NCBI GenBank assembly: GCA_947448865.1 | Contig: CANFOW010000003.1 | Span: 1,994-65,993, forward strand | Direction of reading: 5' to 3' | From: Actinomycetota bacterium | GTDB taxonomy: Bacteria > Actinomycetota > Actinomycetes > S36-B12 > UBA5976 | Length of the DNA: 64,000 nt | Shown here: positions 56,658 through 64,000 of the stretch, piece by piece | How positions within the stretch are numbered: the first letter of the stretch is position 1 | Layout: each line of letters begins with the position of its first letter | The notes under the pieces: generated by a model | Told to the model about the DNA's origin: nothing | What the model saw: the letters and a program-made list of their open reading frames with translations, nothing else | Databases searched by the model: none | Translations under genes and position numbers: made by a program

Positions 56658-59117
56658 ATGTTTGTGTCACTGAACGTACGCACGCGTCGCCGTGCGTCAG
56701 TGCTTGCTCTGGCCTGTACTTTCTTTTCGATAGCCATGGTTTCGGGTGCCCAAGGGCAAATTCCTGGCCATATTTCAACATCTGTGCTGTGCCAGACCGG
56801 ACCAATTGAGTTCGGCGATATTCCGGTATCTAGTGACTTGTCACTTCCTGCCGTGGATGTGCCCCTTGATGTGTGTGCAGTCAGCGATACCGACACCACA
56901 ATGACCTACAACGTCAAGCTTGCCGAGGATTCACCTACAGGAATCTACGCCGGAGCTACTGAAATCACGACTGCTGGATTGGACATTGCAGATCCTTCGT
57001 CATTCTCGCTCATTGCAAAGACTGCGAGCCTTGCAGGCGCTCCATACAAACTGATTATTACTGCGACCGGCGATCAGTCGCACGAGACTGCAACTGTTGA
57101 TGCAACTGCGAATGCAGTGTCTACTCCAATCTGTAAGCAAATTAATGCTGTGACGGCGATTAATACACCAGCCGTGCATACCTCGGTCACTGTAAACTTG
57201 GATTACGACCCACTAACGGATAGCGGTTGTATCTCAAATAGTTTGGGTCATCTTGCATATCGAGTAAAAGAAGATCCCACAACTCAGGCGCAATTAATTA
57301 CGCACGCCCAGGCAGTAGACCCAGCTGGCAGTGACTACACGATTTCGCAACGCACAATCGTGCCGGAAGAAAACTACATTCCACCTCAGGATTACGATCC
57401 ACTTTTGGATGCAGCAAAACTTGTTACCGTCACGTTTGAAGCCAAGGATTCACTGGGTCAAACCGCCTCAGTTCTGGTTTTCATTAACATCAGTAAGCCA
57501 GTTGATACAACATGCCCGAGCTTGCAATCACAGGTTCTCTTTAATAACCCGTTAGTGCGTAGCAAGAAGTTCCTCATCACTAACACAATTAACCGATACA
57601 TCGACTGTGCGCCGGCCGGTTCGGTTATCACGATGTCGTGGTTCTCGTTGACTGATAAAGACGTGGTGTTCCACCTTGAGCAAGCAAAACTGCGCGGCGT
57701 GAACATTCGCTTCCTTATTAATAGTCACGCAACGAAACCATCGTCGACGTCGTATGTCACATGGAACTTGCTCAAAACATTTATCGCAACAACAGCAACA
57801 GCAGATGTGCGCAATTCATCGGTTTACAAGGCAGGAGAAGAAGGCAGCTGGGCGTTGTACTGCGAAAAAGGTTGCTTAACGCCTCCTGCTCCAGCTGGAG
57901 TCACATTCCCCACCGAGAGCGAAGCGGAATATCCTGCGCTGCACGCAAAGTTTTTTGCTATCGCATTCCCAGAGGATCCAAACACTCACACCTACCTCTC
58001 TATCTCTGGAATCTCTTCAAGCAACCCGACTCGCGCTCAAGCAGTCCAAGCGTGGAATAACGCACAAATTGTTGTTGAACGAGGAACATCGCTTGATAAG
58101 AACACTTTGTTCCATTCGCTCGATGATTACTTCAAAGATTTGTCAGCCCAAGGTCTGCCCGCGGTTGAGGGCGGGAATCCACCGCAAGCTACTGGATACC
58201 GCAATCTGTCGAAGGTAGGCGCAACGAGCTTTGTGGCGTTCCCACACATTGGCACCGGTGGCGTAACTGACGACATCACGACGACGTTGCGCAAAGTTAA
58301 GTGCACGTACATCAATAGCAAGGGTCAATACAAGCGCACTCAGATTTACATCAACATGTTCGTGTTCACTCGCACCTCACCTGCAATGCAGTTGTGGCAC
58401 ATGGCAAACAATCCACCGTCTCGCAATGGCGGCTGCCAGATTCACATTCTGTATACCGACATGAGCTCAGCGATTAAGTACAACGGAAATTACTTGAAGA
58501 ACAAGATTGGCACTGTGCCATGGGGTGTTGCCGATTGTTTGTCGACACCATCAAATGTTTTAGGTCGCTATGCCGCATTGACAACGCCGCAACTTCGTAA
58601 AATGCGCGATGAAAACGGCAATGTGTTACTCGATGCTAAAGGCAAAGTGCGCTACCAAACCGTGCAAGTGTGTGGACGCACAGGCTTGTGGGGAACGATG
58701 CCCACGATTAACCAAGGGCTCAATCATTATTGTTGGCTCTGGTCATCGAGTCCGATTTCTGGTGGATCCATCAATGCGTGCGTAACAACACCATTGAAAC
58801 TCACAAAGTATGACCCTGCAGATGATCGCGCAAAGCTTGAGCCATACATCGATTCAAAAAATCACATGTGGTACAGCCATCAGAAGTACATGCTTATTAA
58901 TGGAATGGTTGATGGACGTTTTCAATATTTAACGTTCGCTGGCACACCGAACTTGACGGTACCGGGACTTCGTTACAACGACGAAATCATGGCCGTTACA
59001 ACTGGTGCGACTACATACAACGCGTACCTGACTAACTACCAAACCATGCAGACAGCGCTCGCGAAGCGACCTTACGCGTTGTACAACGTTTGTCGTTCTC
59101 AAGGAAACTGCCACTAA
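56658..59117 (+). CDS. secreted two-HKD phospholipase D-superfamily protein with an N-terminal beta-rich region
   Basis: 819 aa with a signal peptide. HKD-like motifs are ALHAKFFAI and YSHQKYMLINGMVDG. Confidence 0.5.
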   Translation: MFVSLNVRTRRRASVLALACTFFSIAMVSGAQGQIPGHISTSVLCQTGPIEFGDIPVSSDLSLPAVDVPLDVCAVSDTDTTMTYNVKLAEDSPTGIYAGATEITTAGLDIADPSSFSLIAKTASLAGAPYKLIITATGDQSHETATVDATANAVSTPICKQINAVTAINTPAVHTSVTVNLDYDPLTDSGCISNSLGHLAYRVKEDPTTQAQLITHAQAVDPAGSDYTISQRTIVPEENYIPPQDYDPLLDAAKLVTVTFEAKDSLGQTASVLVFINISKPVDTTCPSLQSQVLFNNPLVRSKKFLITNTINRYIDCAPAGSVITMSWFSLTDKDVVFHLEQAKLRGVNIRFLINSHATKPSSTSYVTWNLLKTFIATTATADVRNSSVYKAGEEGSWALYCEKGCLTPPAPAGVTFPTESEAEYPALHAKFFAIAFPEDPNTHTYLSISGISSSNPTRAQAVQAWNNAQIVVERGTSLDKNTLFHSLDDYFKDLSAQGLPAVEGGNPPQATGYRNLSKVGATSFVAFPHIGTGGVTDDITTTLRKVKCTYINSKGQYKRTQIYINMFVFTRTSPAMQLWHMANNPPSRNGGCQIHILYTDMSSAIKYNGNYLKNKIGTVPWGVADCLSTPSNVLGRYAALTTPQLRKMRDENGNVLLDAKGKVRYQTVQVCGRTGLWGTMPTINQGLNHYCWLWSSSPISGGSINACVTTPLKLTKYDPADDRAKLEPYIDSKNHMWYSHQKYMLINGMVDGRFQYLTFAGTPNLTVPGLRYNDEIMAVTTGATTYNAYLTNYQTMQTALAKRPYALYNVCRSQGNCH

Positions 59118-59133
59118 TTTGCGTAAAAACTAA

Positions 59134-59166
59134 GGGCCACTGCGTGATGCAGCGGCCCTTTGTGTT
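59134..59166 (+). terminator. rho-independent terminator
   Basis: GGGCCACTGC-gtgat-GCAGCGGCCC (one mismatch) followed by TTTGTGTT. Confidence 0.65.
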
Positions 59167-59167
59167 G

Positions 59168-59240
59168 CTCCCCCGGTTGGACTCGAACCAACAACCACTC
59201 GATTAACAGTCGAGTGCTCTGCCAATTGAGCTACAGGGGA
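59168..59240 (-). tRNA. tRNA-Asn (anticodon GTT)
   Basis: The minus strand reads TCCCCTGTAGCTCAATTGGCAGAGCACTCGACTGTTAATCGAGTGGTTGTTGGTTCGAGTCCAACCGGGGGAG. It has a 7-bp acceptor stem, a GTTCGAGTC T-loop and anticodon loop CTGTTAA. No CCA is encoded. Confidence 0.9.
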
Positions 59241-59278
59241 ATTGGCTCGTTTATTCTAACAGCGGGCATGCGATGGTT

Positions 59279-59348
59279 GCGAACTCGGATTAGACGCCCA
59301 GACGTCGGTGCGTGCGAACTCCGATGAGACGTCCAGAATTCGATGCGT
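59279..59348. repeat. imperfect 35-bp tandem repeat (2 units, 29/35 identical)
   Basis: GCGAACTCGGATTAGACGCCCAGACGTCGGTGCGT followed by GCGAACTCCGATGAGACGTCCAGAATTCGATGCGT. Confidence 0.7.
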
Positions 59349-59359
59349 ACCAAGCCAAA

Positions 59360-59845
59360 CTAGACGCCGAGTGAGCGACGTAAATCCGCTAGTTCGTTTG
59401 TGATTGAACGGGCACCGATTTCGGTGGCTGCCCATTCTTGGTCGTGCGGCAAAGCGACCCATTCGACCCCAGAACCAACTCGGCGGGCGACGAATTGCAC
59501 CACACCACCAGGAGTGAAGGTTCGCATGTGATCGGCTACCACGCTGTGGGTCACTCGGTCGCGTACTACCGCAGGTACTTGGGCCGGCTCGTCTAATAAC
59601 CACGCATGTGTGTGCGAAATGCCATCACGAATCGACACAACCGACAACATTGGCGGGGTCCAGACGGCTTGAATTAAGTCTTCCCAACCCAAAGCCAGGG
59701 ATTCGTGATTGTCCACGCTCACGATGCCTTGGCGAGTAGCTGCCACGACTCCACCCGAATGGTGTGCCCATGCCAGTGGATTTTTGCCACCAAGCAAGTC
59801 ACGTAACTCGGGTGGCAGTTCCTGCGAACGACTAAACAAACCCAT
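59360..59845 (-). CDS. hypothetical protein, translationally coupled to dnaG
   Basis: 161-aa ORF. Its start overlaps the dnaG stop (TAATG). No family recognised. Confidence 0.5.
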   Translation of the reverse strand: MGLFSRSQELPPELRDLLGGKNPLAWAHHSGGVVAATRQGIVSVDNHESLALGWEDLIQAVWTPPMLSVVSIRDGISHTHAWLLDEPAQVPAVVRDRVTHSVVADHMRTFTPGGVVQFVARRVGSGVEWVALPHDQEWAATEIGARSITNELADLRRSLGV

Positions 59846-61683
59846 TAGAAGTCCCCAATCGCAAAGTCACGCATATCGCGACGGTAAGACTCCAACGCGA
59901 GTAAATCATTAAGTAACTGCGACGACAGATCCGAGTCAGATTCAATGTCGCTGCGTTGCAGCGCCGACTTGATGTCATCAATGCGACGACTCGCATCAAG
60001 TTCCAGAATGCGTGCGAGCACCGCTTGCACATAACGTTCGTCGGGTTGATCAACAGGAAGCGGTTCAATCGCAAGCGCACGGATTTGCGACTTCAACTCG
60101 TCGTCCGCAGCGACTTCAAGGATTGCAGCCACCCATGCAGCCGAGTCGGCGAAGTCCAGCGGATTACCAGCAGCCACACACGCCGCAAACACTTTGGCAG
60201 CCGCAGGCACAGTGAACACGCCTTCTTCAAGTGAGTCGAACCACTCGCCCACTTGAGCAGGTGCTTGCAAAATACATTTCAACGCTGTGCGTTCCACATT
60301 GCCAACCGTGTTAGACGGTTGCGAAGTTTGCGGCGTTGCGGGTCGCTTAGCGCTCGACTTCGGCGCATCTTTAGAAACGGCTTCACGCAATCGCGCTTCG
60401 TCCATGCCTAGCCAACCCGACACGGTGCGAATGTATTCAGGTCGCAGCGCTGGATCTTTAATACCTGCGAGCACCGGACTAACGGCACGCATCGCAGCCA
60501 CACGACCTTCGGCAGTGTTTAAATCAAAATCCGAAAGCGTAGAACGAATCACGAACTCGAACAAAGGAACGCGGCTCGCGATTAACTGTTGAACACCTTC
60601 GGCACCTTGTTGCAAACGCAAATCACACGGATCAAGGCCATGTGGTTCGACAGCTACAAATGTTGAGGCAACAAAGTTTTGATCTTCGGAAAATGCTTTG
60701 ATCGCTGCTTTCTTGCCTGCGGCATCGCCGTCGAATGTGAACACGACTTCGGCTTGAGTGTTGTCGTCATCCATCACAATGCGTCGCAGTAACTTCACGT
60801 GATCAGGTCCAAAAGCGGTACCACAGGTAGCAACAGCAGTTGTGATTCCCGCGAGATGGCATGCCATCACATCGGTGTATCCCTCGACAACTACGGCTTG
60901 ATGTTTTTTCGCCATGTCGCGTCGTGCCAAGTCCAGACCATACAACACTTGTGACTTGCGATAAATCGGAGTTTCGGGAGTATTTAAATATTTCGGACCA
61001 ATATCGGCTTCCGTTAATTTCCGCGCTCCGAAACCAATCGTGTCGCCACCTGAATCACGTATCGGCCACATCACACGATCGCGGAAACGATCATATGCAC
61101 CGCGTTGTCCCGCAACAGCAAGACCACCTGTGACAAGTTCGTCGTCAGTAAAACCTTTTTGGCGCAAGTGACCTGTTAAGCCATCCCAACCCGCAGGCGA
61201 ATAACCTACGCCGAACGTTGCGCAGGCTGCTTCATCAAATCCACGTTGTGTGAGAAAGTCGCGGGCATGTTGCGCAGCTGGTGTGCGTAGTTGTTGCTGA
61301 AAATATTCGGCCGCAAACTTGTGTGCCTGGATGAGTCGGGTACGAGCGCCAGCGTTACTTGTGACATTTCCGGATGTTTCTTCGTACCGCAATGTGATGT
61401 TGTATTTCGCAGCAAGTTTTTCAACGGCTTCTGTGAAAGACAGCGCATCGACTTTGCGCACAAATGTGATGACATCGCCACCTTCGCCACACGAAAAACA
61501 GTGATACAGATTCTTGCTCGGCGTCACATGGAAAGACGGGGTGCGTTCATCGTGGAATGGGCACAAGCCCTTGAGGCTGCCGCCGCCTGCAGCTTTCAGC
61601 GTGACGGTTTCTCGCACGACTTCGTCTATGCGGGACCGATCTCGGACCGCATTGACATCTTCTTCTTTAATTCGACCAGCCAT
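59845..61683 (-). CDS. dnaG: DNA primase
   Basis: CHC2 zinc finger CPFHDERTPSFHVTPSKNLYHCFSCGEGGD and a TOPRIM region VVVEGYTDVMA. Confidence 0.9.
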   Translation of the reverse strand: MAGRIKEEDVNAVRDRSRIDEVVRETVTLKAAGGGSLKGLCPFHDERTPSFHVTPSKNLYHCFSCGEGGDVITFVRKVDALSFTEAVEKLAAKYNITLRYEETSGNVTSNAGARTRLIQAHKFAAEYFQQQLRTPAAQHARDFLTQRGFDEAACATFGVGYSPAGWDGLTGHLRQKGFTDDELVTGGLAVAGQRGAYDRFRDRVMWPIRDSGGDTIGFGARKLTEADIGPKYLNTPETPIYRKSQVLYGLDLARRDMAKKHQAVVVEGYTDVMACHLAGITTAVATCGTAFGPDHVKLLRRIVMDDDNTQAEVVFTFDGDAAGKKAAIKAFSEDQNFVASTFVAVEPHGLDPCDLRLQQGAEGVQQLIASRVPLFEFVIRSTLSDFDLNTAEGRVAAMRAVSPVLAGIKDPALRPEYIRTVSGWLGMDEARLREAVSKDAPKSSAKRPATPQTSQPSNTVGNVERTALKCILQAPAQVGEWFDSLEEGVFTVPAAAKVFAACVAAGNPLDFADSAAWVAAILEVAADDELKSQIRALAIEPLPVDQPDERYVQAVLARILELDASRRIDDIKSALQRSDIESDSDLSSQLLNDLLALESYRRDMRDFAIGDF

Positions 61684-61695
61684 GTGTACCTAATG

Positions 61696-62934
61696 TTATG
61701 CGCAGATTGCGGCATGCCATTGAGACAGGCTCACATCGGTCAGTGAGGCTACTTGATCAATAACCACGCGGAATTTCGCAGCATCTGTGCCTGTATCCCG
61801 CCACAGTTCGAGGTACATCGGGTCCAGATGCTGTTCGGGGTCAGCCGCGATTCCCGTGACGAGTTCGGCGATCATTTCGCGCTGGCGGGAATACATGGCT
61901 GCGGCGCCTTCCCGATTCATGACAAAGCGGGCAGCAAGTGCCTTCAACGCGGTGACTTCGTAGCGAGCATCGTCGGGCACGATCAGGTCGGCGGCGTATC
62001 GCGTGAGCGGCTGGTCGCCAAATTCAGCGCGGGTGGCGTGTTGTGCAGCCAGACAGAACCGACCAATCAACGTACTCGTCAAGTTTTTCAGCGCAGCCAG
62101 GCTGTGCAATGTTCCCGTGTATTCGATTGGCCAACTTTGCATGTCGTATAACCGTTGCATAGCTGCATCGAGTCCGCCGGTGCTAAATTGCGCACCGTAC
62201 CAACTTTGGGCAATCTCAATCACTTCGGCTCGACCCGTTGGTGAATCAAGTATGCGAATGTCTAAGTGTCCACCGTGAATCGCATCTTCAATGTCATGAA
62301 CGCAATACGACACATCGTCGGCCCAGTCCATCACTTGAGCTTCAAAACACACTCGAGTGTCGGTGCGTCCATCACGCACCCACGCAAAGACATCAACATC
62401 GTCGTCATACACACCGAACTTTGGTGTTCCCTCTTTACGAGCCCATGGATATTTCGATGCAGCATCGAGTGCAGCACGAGTCAGGTTCAACCCAATGCTG
62501 TGACCAGCACGTGGTGACTCAGTCGGAGCAAACGCTTTGGGTTCGAGTCGCGTGAGCAATCGAAAAGATTGTGCGTTGCCTTCGAAACCACCAATGTGTT
62601 GGGACAAATCGTTCAACGCGTTCTCGCCGTTGTGACCAAACGGTGGATGCCCCAAGTCGTGACTTAAACATGCGGCATCAACTAAATCAGGGTCGCACCC
62701 CAATGCTGCGCCGAGTTCACGTCCTACTTGCGCGCACTCGAGTGAATGCGTGAGCCTGGTGCGTGGAAAGTCAGCAAGGCCAGCTTGCATTACTTGAGTC
62801 TTAACACCGAGGCGACGTAGCGCGGAACTGTGCATGACGCGAGCTCGATCGCGAGCAAACTCAGTGCGCTCGACACTCTTGTTGGGTTCGTGAACCCAAC
62901 GCTGAATGTCGTGAGGCTGATAATTCATGGGCAC
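61696..62934 (-). CDS. dgt: dGTP triphosphohydrolase-like HD-domain protein
   Basis: 412 aa with RTRLTHSLEC...SHDLGHPPFGH and a DWADDVSYCVHDIED motif. Confidence 0.85.
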   Translation of the reverse strand: MPMNYQPHDIQRWVHEPNKSVERTEFARDRARVMHSSALRRLGVKTQVMQAGLADFPRTRLTHSLECAQVGRELGAALGCDPDLVDAACLSHDLGHPPFGHNGENALNDLSQHIGGFEGNAQSFRLLTRLEPKAFAPTESPRAGHSIGLNLTRAALDAASKYPWARKEGTPKFGVYDDDVDVFAWVRDGRTDTRVCFEAQVMDWADDVSYCVHDIEDAIHGGHLDIRILDSPTGRAEVIEIAQSWYGAQFSTGGLDAAMQRLYDMQSWPIEYTGTLHSLAALKNLTSTLIGRFCLAAQHATRAEFGDQPLTRYAADLIVPDDARYEVTALKALAARFVMNREGAAAMYSRQREMIAELVTGIAADPEQHLDPMYLELWRDTGTDAAKFRVVIDQVASLTDVSLSQWHAAICA

Positions 62935-62959
62935 GTCTCTACTTTGTCACAGTTATCTG

Positions 62960-64000
62960 TCAGCCACCGCTGACTGACAGTTCTGCTTCGCGCACCGTAC
63001 TTTGTTCGCCCGTAGTCAGGGTTTGCGAGTTCAGCCAGCCATCAGGCAGGTTCACTTTACGAGTCGGTGTGGTGCGGCCACGTGGGGCGTGTGCGATTTC
63101 GTTTGTCAGTTGCTGGTTCACATCAACCGTGGACAACAGGTTCTCGAGTTCTTCGAGCGAGTTAATCAGCGACAATGCGCCCCGAGTCTCGCTACCCACA
63201 ACAAGGCCTTTGGTGTACCACGCCATGTGTTTGCGCATTTCACGGCAACCGTGAAATTCATCGCCATGCATCTGGGCTAATAGCGCGGCATGGCGTCGCA
63301 TCAGGTCCAAGATGAATCCCGCTTTTGGCTCGGATGGCACAACCTCGCCAGCGAAAGCCGACCGGATCTGGCCAAAAAGCCACGGCCGACCTAGGCAGCC
63401 ACGGCCAATCACGACACCACGAGCTCCTGTTTGTTCAATCATGCGCTGGGCATCGTGCGCGGCCCAAATGTCGCCGTTACCCAGGACGGGAGTGTTGGGG
63501 ATGTGCTCGACCAAGCGTGCAATGGCAGTCCAATCGGCCGTGCCACCGTAATACTGGGCTGCGGTGCGACCGTGTAACGCAACCCACGTCACGCCGGCAT
63601 TCGCGGCAATCTTGCCCGCATCCAAATAGGTGATGTGTTCGTCATCAATGCCAATACGCATTTTCACTGTGACAGGGACTTTGCCTTGAGCTTGAGTCAC
63701 GGCAGCTGTCACGATGTCGCGGAACAAATCGCGTTTCCATGGCAAGGCACTTCCGCCGCCTTTACGCGTAACTTTGGGGACGGGGCATCCGAAGTTCAGG
63801 TCAATGTGATCGGCGAGATCTTCGTCAACCACCATGCGCACAGCGGCTCCCACAATGTCGGCGTCAACTCCATACAGTTGAATGCTGCGCGGTGATTCAT
63901 CGTCGTCGAATGTGACTAGGTCCAAGGTTTCTGGATGACGTAACAACAACGCTTGTGACGTTGTCATTTCTGCAACATAGATTGTGGGATCGCTACCTGT
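62960..64000 (-). CDS. tRNA-dihydrouridine synthase, 5' end beyond the window
   Basis: LNFGCPVPKVTRKGGGSALP and HGRTAAQYYGGTADW motifs. The frame stays open upstream of the track's ATG (…TGSDPTIYVAEMTTSQAL) to position 64000. Confidence 0.8.
   Translation of the reverse strand, partial: TGSDPTIYVAEMTTSQALLLRHPETLDLVTFDDDESPRSIQLYGVDADIVGAAVRMVVDEDLADHIDLNFGCPVPKVTRKGGGSALPWKRDLFRDIVTAAVTQAQGKVPVTVKMRIGIDDEHITYLDAGKIAANAGVTWVALHGRTAAQYYGGTADWTAIARLVEHIPNTPVLGNGDIWAAHDAQRMIEQTGARGVVIGRGCLGRPWLFGQIRSAFAGEVVPSEPKAGFILDLMRRHAALLAQMHGDEFHGCREMRKHMAWYTKGLVVGSETRGALSLINSLEELENLLSTVDVNQQLTNEIAHAPRGRTTPTRKVNLPDGWLNSQTLTTGEQSTVREAELSVSGG

Noticed and set aside
55465-59240. Prophage or integrative island at tRNA-Asn
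   Set aside because: There is no integrase, no phage structural genes and no recognisable direct repeat of the tRNA 3' end. The GH25 enzyme has a signal peptide and linker typical of a cellular autolysin.
59279-59348. CRISPR-like repeat
   Set aside because: There are only two adjacent imperfect units with no spacers and no cas genes.
59256-59603. 115-aa ORF overlapping the tandem repeat and the 59360 gene
   Set aside because: It has Arg/Trp/Ser-rich shadow-frame composition. It overlaps the better-supported dnaG-coupled ORF and the tRNA upstream region.

Overview
Dense chromosomal segment with about 60 genes and mostly short intergenic gaps. It is most likely from an actinobacterium of moderate GC content. 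The supporting evidence is a dus / dgt / dnaG / tRNA-Asn(GTT) block at the right end, a DinB or mycothiol-type isomerase-like protein, an actinobacterial-type ArsC and a CopD-CtaG fusion. I found no rRNA, CRISPR array, transposase, integrase or prophage.

Content from left to right:
- 1-12 kb: catabolic genes, namely DUF3445 N-demethylase-like, amidohydrolase, glutamine-synthetase-like, and a beta-oxidation-like set (2 SDRs, thiolase, MaoC, FAD oxidoreductase, large acyl-CoA dehydrogenase).
- 12-21 kb: a degenerate-pore RCK channel-like protein, then a self-contained haem-copper oxidase island (TlpA, CopD-CtaG, CoxIII, CoxI, CoxII, a CuA-like cupredoxin paralogue, a CtaG-like protein).
- 21-36.7 kb: three APC permeases, an OYE/FAD-type amine demethylase-like flavoprotein, a proline-racemase-family protein with a Ser/Cys active-site pair, a polar amino-acid ABC transporter, HAD, ArsC, SOUL, cyclase and formamidase.
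- 36.8-38.7 kb: an orphan three-gene cytochrome b6-like operon.
- 38.9-40.2 kb: a membrane-anchored collagen-like protein with a 54-nt tandem array.
- 40-47 kb: nitrogen-scavenging hydrolases (cyclase, amidase, NCS1 permease, ureohydrolase) and two ABC permeases with no partner genes.
- 47-59 kb: miscellaneous genes (LuxR solo, DUF4236-TPR, Tat-exported Mo-enzyme with cupin, serine hydrolase, GNAT, amidohydrolase, deoD, GH25 lysozyme, secreted PLD-like protein).

Most noteworthy observations:
- A perfectly conserved 20-bp palindromic operator lies upstream of two otherwise unrelated membrane-protein loci, one of which is the orphan cytochrome b operon.
- The accessory oxidase operon carries an N-terminally extended CoxI and a translationally coupled CuA-like protein that lacks the downstream His ligand.
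- The collagen-like surface protein has a tail-fibre-like C-terminal region.

All product calls come from motif recognition by eye and none was checked against a database.
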